DNA of 64,000 bases. Origin: Clostridiales bacterium (GTDB taxonomy: Bacteria > Bacillota > Clostridia > Christensenellales > UBA1242). How positions within the stretch are numbered: position 1 is the first letter of the stretch; each line of letters begins with the position of its first letter. Where the stretch lies: assembly GCA_015055745.1 (NCBI GenBank), contig SVHS01000001.1, positions 139,085 through 203,084 on the forward strand, given 5' to 3'. Below, one piece after another: positions 8,889-17,800 of the stretch. The translations under genes and the position numbers were made by a program. The notes beneath the pieces are model-generated. The model did no database searches. It was not told the DNA's origin and saw nothing but the letters and a program-made list of their open reading frames with translations.

Positions 8889-9239
8889 TTACATAAGTGA
8901 AATTATGTAATTTTTTAATACTCTAATTTTATTGAGGTTGCTATTGTTTGTAAGATTATATTGACTCAAGTTCATTATCTTTTCGCTATGGCAATTTTTG
9001 AGCATACCGTTCACTCCATAAGATACTGATCTAGAGGTGATGTGATATCTATCTTTGATGTACTCTATAGCTTGGTGATAGGTAGAAGTAGAGTCGTCAT
9101 TATTTCGTATCATATATGAGATAATGTGCATGATATAGCTAAATCCGATATAAGATTCGCTCATGCCGATAGAAGACAAAACCACTCGTATTTTGTTATT
9201 CAACACATCTATAGGCATTTGACTAAAATCTTTATTCAT
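8889..9239 (-). CDS. second, more divergent Spo0A_C-like domain protein
   Basis: ORF track 8889..9344. Internal ATG 9239 is placed 6 nt after a TATAAT. GMSESYIGFSYIMHIISYMI, AIEYIKDRYHITSRSVSYGVNGMLKN has the same helix pattern as the neighbouring gene. Confidence 0.4.
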   Translation of the reverse strand: MNKDFSQMPIDVLNNKIRVVLSSIGMSESYIGFSYIMHIISYMIRNNDDSTSTYHQAIEYIKDRYHITSRSVSYGVNGMLKNCHSEKIMNLSQYNLTNNSNLNKIRVLKNYIISLM

Positions 9240-9430
9240 AACGGTATTATAAACTAAAATTTGACAAAATGCAATGCTTTCCAAAAAATTAATTTCAAAA
9301 TATATATTATATTTTTTCATTTTTTTGTAATATTTGTTTGACAATTAATGTGGAATTTTTTAGAATATTATCAAATATTATCAATTTTGAGGCGATTTTC
9401 GAGATAGATTAAGATTGGACAGGGGTAAAA

Positions 9431-10165
9431 ATGGTCAAAAAGAAAATATCAGGACAGACAATAGCTATTATTGTTTTGGCGATTTTGTTGTTGCTCACTG
9501 CTGTATTTGGTGGTGTGTACGCTTTCTATAGTGCCAGGACAAATAAAGTATCAGGTAAGATTTTGATGGCTAATCTAAAGATTAGTTTGTTTTCTTCATC
9601 AGGCGAGAGTGAAAAGAGTGAGATATTGATTTCAAATAATAAAAATGTAGTACCTGGTCAAAAATTGGTAAATACACCTCTTAAAGTAAGAAATCAATCT
9701 AGTGTTAATATTTATCTTGTAGTAGTGTATGAGATAAAGGCGACCACTCCAGAGGGATATCCTATCACAGATGATTATGTAGAGCCAGTATTGGGTTTGG
9801 GTGTAGATTACCTTAGCCCAGGTAATAGAAGATACGAAGATACTACAAATAATAAAGAATGGTTAGATTATGTGTTTACATCTAATGATGGTAAAAAATT
9901 TCGTTGTTTAGCTTCTACTAGTACACATGCTCCTACAGCAGATAATGAAGAAGGCATAGCTGTCATACCAGAAAACGAATTGATGTTGGCAGCACATATG
10001 GGAAATGACTATCAGAGTGCTAGTATATCATTTATCTTCCAAGCTTATGCTATCGGTGCAGAAAGCTTCCAGTTTGCAGAGGCTACTACTAGAGAAGAAA
10101 AGTGTGACGAGATCATCAGCGCTATCTATAAGACACAAGATAATAAATTCTTGGACATTGTATAA
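9431..10165 (+). CDS. secreted TasA/camelysin-family (peptidase M73-like) protein with SipW-type signal peptide
   Basis: 244-aa ORF with SD GGGG, an N-terminal TM/signal followed by AFYSARTNKVSGKILMANLKISL, PGQKLVNTPLKVRNQSS, and C-terminal ISFIFQAYAIG, like TasA (from memory). Confidence 0.5.
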   Translation: MVKKKISGQTIAIIVLAILLLLTAVFGGVYAFYSARTNKVSGKILMANLKISLFSSSGESEKSEILISNNKNVVPGQKLVNTPLKVRNQSSVNIYLVVVYEIKATTPEGYPITDDYVEPVLGLGVDYLSPGNRRYEDTTNNKEWLDYVFTSNDGKKFRCLASTSTHAPTADNEEGIAVIPENELMLAAHMGNDYQSASISFIFQAYAIGAESFQFAEATTREEKCDEIISAIYKTQDNKFLDIV

Positions 10166-10221
10166 AAATATAAAAGAGACATACGAAGAGTATGTCTTTT
10201 TCTTCGGACTAGCTATCATAT

Positions 10222-10812
10222 ATGTCTAATTTTCGCATAGATTATGATATGGGTAAGATATGGATAGTCCTCATTATTTCTAGTCTTATTATGACGTGTT
10301 TTACAGCTCCGTCTAGTATTATTTCTACTATGATGAATGCAGCGAAAATGGGTGTCACTATGGCGATAGAATTTATCGGTATTTACGCTGTGTGGATGGG
10401 TATAATGCAGATATTAGATGATTGCAAACTGAGTCATAAATTGTCCAATTTCCTATCACGTCCCGTGAGATTTATTTTTGGCACTACTGATCCTGAGACA
10501 GAAAAAAATATCTGTCTCAATATTGCTTCAAATATTATCGGTATCGGTAGTGCAGCGACACCATATGGTATCAAAGCGATGCGAGGATTGGACAAGGGAA
10601 GTGATCGAGCTACTCGTGCCATGATCATGCTGGTAGTGATAAACTCCACAGGCATACAGTTATTACCTACTACAGTAATAGGTATGAGAGCTATGGCAGG
10701 TAGTCTCAGTCCGAGCTGTATATTGTGGCCGACTATACTAGCGACATTTGTGCCTACTATTCTCGGTATTTTACTCGTAGCTATCAAGTATAGAAGGAAG
10801 AAACATGGTTGA
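10222..10812 (+). CDS. spmA: spore maturation protein A (nucleoside-recognition/Gate domain); true start may be ATG 10249
   Basis: NIIGIGSAATPYGIKAM, LLPTTVIGMRA and C-terminal KYRRKKHG closely parallel B. subtilis SpmA. Confidence 0.8.
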   Translation: MSNFRIDYDMGKIWIVLIISSLIMTCFTAPSSIISTMMNAAKMGVTMAIEFIGIYAVWMGIMQILDDCKLSHKLSNFLSRPVRFIFGTTDPETEKNICLNIASNIIGIGSAATPYGIKAMRGLDKGSDRATRAMIMLVVINSTGIQLLPTTVIGMRAMAGSLSPSCILWPTILATFVPTILGILLVAIKYRRKKHG

Positions 10813-11311
10813 TTTGATTATACCTATGCTGATAGCCTTTGTTATGATTTATGCTCTAATAAAAGGTGTAGATGCATACAATGGCTTTGTCAAAGGTGCA
10901 AAAGGCGCACTTCCACTCATGGCATCGCTTTTGCCTTATATGATAGCAATGTTTGTGGCGGTGGAGCTGTTTAGAAACAGTGGTTTATCTACATATCTTT
11001 GCCGTTTTTTAGCACCTGTTTTTGAGTTTATTGGAGTACCTGCAGAATTGTGTGAATTGACACTTATTCGTCCGTTTAGCTCAAACGCTGGCTACGTCGT
11101 CCTGCGAGGGATTTTTGATACATATGGAGTGGATAGCTATATAGGGAAATGTGCGAGTGTCATTATGGGCAGTAGCGATACTATTTTTTATGTGAGTAGT
11201 ATATATTTTGCTTCTACAAAGGTCAAAAAAACTTTGCTTACTATACCTATTGCTTTGCTGTGTAATGTGGCGTGCTGCGTGCTAGCTTGTTTTTGCTGTC
11301 GATTTATATAA
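10805..11311 (+). CDS. spmB: spore maturation protein B
   Basis: 168-aa membrane ORF overlapping spmA by 8 nt. LIRPFSSNAGY, IMGSSDTIFYV motifs. Confidence 0.75.
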   Translation: MVDLIIPMLIAFVMIYALIKGVDAYNGFVKGAKGALPLMASLLPYMIAMFVAVELFRNSGLSTYLCRFLAPVFEFIGVPAELCELTLIRPFSSNAGYVVLRGIFDTYGVDSYIGKCASVIMGSSDTIFYVSSIYFASTKVKKTLLTIPIALLCNVACCVLACFCCRFI

Positions 11312-11393
11312 TATAATGTAAAATTTTGGAAATGCATTGATTTTTTTATTCTCTTGTGGTATAATCCAACACGGAATAAAAAAGGAGAATGCA

Positions 11394-12296
11394 ATGCACG
11401 AATATTGGCACGTCACGTTAGAAGCACTTATTCATACGGCACAGATATTGCCTCTTCTTTTTATTGTCTATTATCTTATCGAGCTCTTTGAGTTCAAATG
11501 TGCTCACAAGATGCAAAGTAGTAAGTTTCTAAAGGGTAAAGCTAGTCCTGTGTTTGGTTCGTTGCTTGGCTGTGTACCTCAGTGCGGGTTTTCTGTAGTG
11601 TCTACAGATCTATATAGTCGTGGTATAATATCTGTGGGAGCGTTGATAGCTGTGTATATTGCTACTAGTGATGAGGCTATCCCTCTTATGTTGTCCAACC
11701 CAGCATCTATCGGTTGGATGTTTGCTCTTATAGGTGTCAAGATAGTACTTGGTATCTCGGTAGGTTTTTTAGCTATAGTATTACATAAGGCATTGTTCAA
11801 GAAAAAAGAAATACACGATCATGAGGAGCATGAGCATCATGACCATGATCATGAAGAGAGTGAGGCTGTGGTGCATGGAGGTTGTTGTCATCACAACGTG
11901 GAGACCAAGTCTTTTGATTGGCTTCACCCGTTGTTGCACTGTCTCAAGATTAGCGCATTTATATTGATTATCAATATTTTGTTTGGATTTATCACTCATA
12001 TTTGGGTGGGCGAGGATAGATTGATAGCGTTCTTGTCTCAGAGTAGAGCTTTTCAGCCAGTACTAGCTATCCTCATCGGTCTTATACCAAACTGTGCTTC
12101 TAGTGTCGCACTTACTGAGCTATTCTTATTAGGAGGTTTATCATTCGGTGCGCTAGTGGCAGGACTTAGTGTAAATGCAGGTCTTGGGCTTATTATTCTA
12201 CTCAAACAAAACAAAAATTGGAAAGAAAATTTATTTATCATATGCATGCTCGTTATCCCTAGCTTGATAGTAGGTTACGCATTAAATTTTATATAA
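11394..12296 (+). CDS. putative 10-TM metal exporter (ArsP_2/PF11449-like) with His/Cys-rich cytoplasmic loop
   Basis: ORF track 11337..12296. ATG 11394 follows AAGGAGA. LGCVPQCGFSVV, IATSDEAIPLML and IPNCASSVALTELF motifs; loop HDHEEHEHHDHDHEESEAVVHGGCCHH. Confidence 0.65.
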   Translation: MHEYWHVTLEALIHTAQILPLLFIVYYLIELFEFKCAHKMQSSKFLKGKASPVFGSLLGCVPQCGFSVVSTDLYSRGIISVGALIAVYIATSDEAIPLMLSNPASIGWMFALIGVKIVLGISVGFLAIVLHKALFKKKEIHDHEEHEHHDHDHEESEAVVHGGCCHHNVETKSFDWLHPLLHCLKISAFILIINILFGFITHIWVGEDRLIAFLSQSRAFQPVLAILIGLIPNCASSVALTELFLLGGLSFGALVAGLSVNAGLGLIILLKQNKNWKENLFIICMLVIPSLIVGYALNFI

Positions 12297-12374
12297 TATA
12301 AGGATTGGAATTACAATCCTTTTTTCTTTTGCATAAAACAGGCTGTTTAGCAAAAACTACTATCGGAGGAAATT

Positions 12375-12824
12375 ATGGAAAAGAAAGAAAACAAGGATAT
12401 AGAATTACTAAATAGAATATATCAAGATGCTACAGTAGGTACTTTAGCTATAGATAAGATTCTGAAAAAGATAGAGGACGATACTCTAAGGAAGCTTTTT
12501 TCAAAGCAATTTGAATATTATCAGAAATTTGCAGAGAGATGTGATGTGTTGGCTATGAAGCTAGACGGAGAGGTAAAAGAAAATAGTTTTTTCAAAAAAG
12601 CAAAACAAACCGCTATGCTGTATATGTCGCTTTGGATGGATAAGTCTCCTAGACATATAGTAGAGCTGATGATCACTGGTACTACTATGGGGATAGTGGA
12701 TACTATAAAAGCGCAAAAAGATCTTAAGACTAAAAATGAAGAGATAAATACTCTTGTTGCCGAATTTAAGAAAATGCAGGAAGAATTTTACGAAAAATTG
12801 AAAAAACAATTAGCTAAGGTTTAA
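12375..12824 (+). CDS. hypothetical helical protein
   Basis: 149-aa ORF with SD GGAGGA. Predicted all-alpha; no family recognised. Confidence 0.5.
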   Translation: MEKKENKDIELLNRIYQDATVGTLAIDKILKKIEDDTLRKLFSKQFEYYQKFAERCDVLAMKLDGEVKENSFFKKAKQTAMLYMSLWMDKSPRHIVELMITGTTMGIVDTIKAQKDLKTKNEEINTLVAEFKKMQEEFYEKLKKQLAKV

Positions 12825-12847
12825 TTATATTTTTTAGGGAGAATATT

Positions 12848-13039
12848 ATGAACGAAGAAATCAATGCATATGTTGAATATATAAAAAAAATTGGCACGGT
12901 GCATAGACCTAAAATGCCAAAATTTGATATTTCTGCATATAGTGATAATGAATACCTTAGTGCAATAGAAGGCTTAAATGTAGACTTTGATGCTATTGAT
13001 GATGAGTATTTGACTATTAGACATTTAAAAGGAGACTGA
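12848..13039 (+). CDS. small acidic protein, candidate non-canonical antitoxin of the downstream MazF
   Basis: 63-aa ORF with SD GGGAGA. Its TGA overlaps the mazF ATG (TGATG at 13037-13041). Acidic C-terminal half. No RHH/AbrB-like N-terminus visible. Confidence 0.45.
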   Translation: MNEEINAYVEYIKKIGTVHRPKMPKFDISAYSDNEYLSAIEGLNVDFDAIDDEYLTIRHLKGD

Positions 13040-13401
13040 TGGAAGTAAATCGTGGCGATATCTATTATGCTGACCTAAGCCCTGTGATAGGTAGCGAACA
13101 AGGTGGAGTTCGTCCTGTTTTGGTGGTGCAAAACGATGTAGGTAATAAGTATAGCCCTACAGTCATAGTGGTAGCTATCACTAGTCAGCTAAGCAAAGCC
13201 AAACTTCCTACTCATATAGAGCTACCTAGAGATAGATCAAGACTTTCTAAGGATAGCGTCATATTGCTAGAGCAAATTCGTACTTTAGACAAACGTAGAC
13301 TCCAAGAAAAGATCTCCACTCTTGATGAGGATATCATGGATATGGTAGATGTGGCACTGATGATTAGCTTAGGAGTCACACAGTCGCAACATTCGCTCTA
13401 G
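13039..13401 (+). CDS. mazF: MazF/PemK-family endoribonuclease toxin (EndoA/NdoA-like)
   Basis: [58 protein letters not shown] is near-identical in pattern to B. subtilis EndoA. Confidence 0.9.
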   Translation: MEVNRGDIYYADLSPVIGSEQGGVRPVLVVQNDVGNKYSPTVIVVAITSQLSKAKLPTHIELPRDRSRLSKDSVILLEQIRTLDKRRLQEKISTLDEDIMDMVDVALMISLGVTQSQHSL

Positions 13402-13517
13402 CTAGATTGCTAATCGCAATCGTAAGCCTTTCGCTCTGTTGCTCCTTTAGCCCCTCAAAGCATGCTACTTTGTGGGAGACCCCGATATAACCTTCGCTCT
13501 AGCTAGATTGCTAATCG
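13392..13517. repeat. 25-bp perfect direct repeat (TTCGCTCTAGCTAGATTGCTAATCG) at 13392-13416 and 13493-13517, period 101 bp, bracketing a GC-richer insert
   Basis: Read directly. The first copy overlaps the mazF stop codon. An internal hairpin CCCTCAAAG-N7-CTTTGTGGG lies at about 13452-13476. Confidence 0.85.
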
Positions 13518-13639
13518 TAATGTACATAATTTTTTACAAAAATCAAAAATTCGACAAATGTTTTTTTACAAAAATCCTTTACATTGACTAAAATTTGTGA
13601 TATTATCTTATCAGAAAATGTCGAAATAAGGAGTCAAAT

Positions 13640-14704
13640 TTGGAAAAACGTTTAAATGAATACAGTATCTATGCATTGAGAGCTATGGCTAGAAATATAG
13701 GTGTATCTTCACCTACGAGCAAGAAAAAAGAGCATTTGATTCAAGAGATTATGGATATTTATTTAGGTAAAAAACAGCCAGTCGAGGCAAAGACCAAGCA
13801 AGGTCGTCCACCGAAATCTTCTGGTTATGATTTTTCGTTCAATTTTGATCAGCCTATTAGTCCTACACTTGTGCTAAAGCAAGAGGTTGACACGCAGTTT
13901 GAGTACAATGATGTAATAAATAAAGCTGGCGCCGTAGAGCTGGTGAATAACAATTCTGGTATACTTTGGGTGCAAGAAGGTCTAAAGTATACATGCTATT
14001 TTATCCCTAGTGACGCTCTTATGGTGTATAATATCAAGGCAGGTGATAGGGTAGTAGTGCACATTGATTCTTTTGAAGAGCCTCGTGTAAAAGAGATCTT
14101 GAGTATCAATGGTGTCCCTGCTATGAAGTTTGATAATAATCGCCGAGATTATAGTGATATTGAGCATTCTTTGCCTAGTGTGGACTTGTCTTTCGTGGGT
14201 GACACTTTTACTCGACTACACATTAAAAAGGGTGAAAATGTCTACCTTTATGGTTCAGATAATAATGCCAATACTACCACTATCATCAATATGTTAAATC
14301 AGTGTCAAGCAAAGCGTAAAATATATGTCAACGTGTCTCTCGCTGATAAAAATAAATTGTATCTAAATAATCTCAAAGATGCGGAGATGTTTGTGGCTAA
14401 TATCACTGATGATTTAGACCATGTGCGTAGGATAGTGGCACTAGCTATAGAAAGGGCAAAGAGACTACTAGAAAATGGTGAATCAGTAGTAGTCGCTATA
14501 GATGATGTGCTCTCACTCACCGGTGTGGACAAAGAAGATCTCAATCTTACAAAAAATATTATATCTCTTACCAAAGATGGACTCGATGCAGGCTCTATCA
14601 CTACATTAGCTATCATGCCTTTCGATAAAAATATAAATCAAATAGAAAAACTAGCAGATAAAAGATTCAAAATTTCAAATAACGAAGTGATTTTTATTGA
14701 TTGA
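13640..14704 (+). CDS. Rho-like protein with degenerate ATPase motifs (Rho_N plus OB RNA-binding plus truncated RecA-like core)
   Basis: 354-aa ORF with TTG start after AAGGAG. Collinear with E. coli Rho by eye, but Walker A PPKAGKT is replaced by GSDNNANTT. Confidence 0.6.
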   Translation: MEKRLNEYSIYALRAMARNIGVSSPTSKKKEHLIQEIMDIYLGKKQPVEAKTKQGRPPKSSGYDFSFNFDQPISPTLVLKQEVDTQFEYNDVINKAGAVELVNNNSGILWVQEGLKYTCYFIPSDALMVYNIKAGDRVVVHIDSFEEPRVKEILSINGVPAMKFDNNRRDYSDIEHSLPSVDLSFVGDTFTRLHIKKGENVYLYGSDNNANTTTIINMLNQCQAKRKIYVNVSLADKNKLYLNNLKDAEMFVANITDDLDHVRRIVALAIERAKRLLENGESVVVAIDDVLSLTGVDKEDLNLTKNIISLTKDGLDAGSITTLAIMPFDKNINQIEKLADKRFKISNNEVIFID

Positions 14705-14880
14705 TTTGGTAAGAGACAGGTGTCTCGGTTTTTGTTTTTTAGGGAGTTTTATGCTCCCATTTTTTAATATAAAAAACTCAATAAATTTACGAAATAATAT
14801 GATAATTATTTGTAAAATTATATCGCTTGTGGTAAAATAATTTTAATATTATATATTAAAAGGTGATTTTCGGGGGTTCG

Positions 14881-17800
14881 ATGAATAAAATAAATAAAAA
14901 ATTTGGTTTGTCGATTATTTTAATATCATGTTTTGTTTTTTGCATGTCAGCGTTATGTGGCTTTTTTGTGGATAAGCAAGAAAAACATATTGTACAGGCG
15001 CTAGATATCACTACAGCTGAGACCACAGGAGATACTGCTGCTGAGATATCTTGGAGCAATATATCTTTGATGAGTGAGACAGGTACATCTATTACAATAT
15101 TAGGCTCAGACAAATACTTTGTAGATTATACAGAAAATATGACAGCCATCTCTGGTGGTACAAAGATTACGTTCTCTAGTACAAATTTTGATAAGATAAA
15201 TTTTGATACCAGAGATGATACTACTTTGGACGGTACAGCTGGTATCATCACCACTACTATGAAAAGTGGCTACCAGCACACTGGTTATAAGCTTGGCTAC
15301 GCAGATACAAATGATGACGGTACGAAAGAATATACATACCTATATGAAGTAGAATTAGTCGATGGGAAATTAGGTGTTTATAAGTTAGCAAATAATATTA
15401 GAGGAGAAAATTTAAATACAGATGAGGAGAGTGCATTCTCTCTCACTCCAGAAGATCTAGATCCTGATTACACTGGTACTCTAGCGATGTGTGCTACTTG
15501 GGCATATATTGAGTATGGTCTAGATATGTATTACGAGACCAGTTCACTAGATGATACACTAAAATCTACTTCTCATACTTTCTCAATAGGGGATTACACA
15601 GCGATTACTGAGACTCCAGATAATGATAAGTCATTTGGTGGCTGGTATATTGATAAAACTAAATTAACAAATAGTGAATTATCATTTGACAATGAGCAAA
15701 TCAATATTGATGCAGATGAAGACTTGGAAGATGTGACATTATTGAATTTTACTCAAAAAGACACAAATGAAAGCATTATAGGAGAGATGTCGTTTATAGT
15801 GCAAGATGGTGCTACTTCTAGTGATTCAGTATACTTCATCACTCATATGAAAGGTTGGGGTACACTTACTCAGTCTCAGACAAATCCAGTAGTGCGAGCA
15901 ATGTGGTCTACTGCATATGACTTGCAAATGAGCAGACATAGTGATGCTACCAATAGAAGGGATAAGGAATTAAATGGTATCAAAGCTAGTAATGATACAG
16001 ATATACTTGTAGATACTGCTACGTTCACTATTCAGTACACAAGTACAGGTACTTATGATTATCCATTTACTTACAATATAGGAAAAGCTTTTTATAAATC
16101 AAGTGATTTTGGAAGCGAAAACAATACTTATAATTATGCCAAAGGTAGTAATAATTTTTATTATATTTACTATTATGGATATGAAATCAAATCATGGACC
16201 ATATGGTTTGCGGATAACAGTGGTAAAAATTATTATATGTATTTGAACGGTGATACATTTGATATTAATAATACATCTAGATCTATATCTAATGATTCTG
16301 GCTTGTTAAATTTTGATATGGGCGATTTAGCTCAGTTTGTAGATCAATATACATTCATCAACGGTATCACTACTGATTGTATTTTCATGATACCAGATTG
16401 GACTCCAGTAAAAATTAAATTACAATTAGAAAATGGCAATTATACTAATGAATTTAAATATGATAACGATTATGTAATAAGCAACACTTATACCCCTACA
16501 AAGACAGGTAAGACATTCTTTAGCTTTAAGACCAACGCGGGAAAGCATATAGCACAATCAGCTAAATGGTCATATACTACATTTGCTCATAATGAATTTA
16601 CAAATAAAGGTATAGATCCAAACAATCACAATGTGAGTACGTATTCATTGACAGTAGAGAGGATCTACTTGGACAATATTTATCGTATCAATCTAGATAT
16701 GGGTGATGGTGGCGGTATCAATACATTGGTAGCAAATAATTACACTGCCACTGGAGATGTGGGCTCATATTCAAATAACTATTACACTTGTACCTTATCA
16801 TTTGGTGCATATGATTATATATCATGGTATGATTTTGACGGTACTGGTGACGAATATTTGACTGAGATGAAAGAGATATATGATGGCTATACAGAAGGTA
16901 TAGACTATGATGGTACTAATGACTTTGGTATGCTAAATAAATTGTTTACAGATGTAGATGGTAAGCATTATATATACCTAGTCAATGGTGAGAGATATAG
17001 TAATCTACCTGTATTCCTCAAGTCTGGCTCAGACCTTATATTCTGGATAAACGATACGGCAAATACTGTTAGTGGTAAGCAATATATTTATACGACATCT
17101 CAGTACAATGACGGAGACCATGCACAGGAGATAGATACTCAAAGATATACTAAATCTACCACATGGAGCTTAGCTGATGGTGGCACAGCAGGTGCTCTCA
17201 GCTGGACAGCATATTATTATAAAAAGGGCTATGCATTAAATATCAGCACTTTATTTGAGGGTAGTGCGGGTAGATATGGATATGCTACAGTCACTATGAC
17301 AAATCCGAGCGATGATAGTGTATTGGAAAAATATGTAGTCATATATGATGTGTTAAATAAAAAGATGCAAGCATATAAATATTCTACCGCTGATTTGACT
17401 AAGACTACTATTAAAGATTTTGATTTGACAAATCCTGTAAATGTATATATTTATGTAGACGCAGATACTACTATCACGATCTATGACCAAAGTCAAGACT
17501 CTGATGCTATGGCGAGTGGCAAATTTGACAGCATGATAGGATATCAGTACTTAGATATTTCTATATCTACAAATGTATCTGATATATTCGATGGAAGTGG
17601 ATATTCATATACTATTTTAGGTACAGATTTGGAATCTAAAAAATTGGATTCTGATGAGACAGTAGATATAGAGCTTAGCTATGAATATATTGATTACGAT
17701 ATGACAGTTCAGCTAAATAATGGAAATGCTGGCTCATTCGTGGTGCAGTTTGCTACAGGTAAGAGCGGTACCATGACTAAATATACCATACAGGATATGA

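Noticed and set aside
10005-10229. 74-aa ORF overlapping the end of the tasA-like gene and the spmA upstream region
   Set aside because: It runs through a clear terminator hairpin (10176-10200) and overlaps a better-supported ORF in another frame. No SD.
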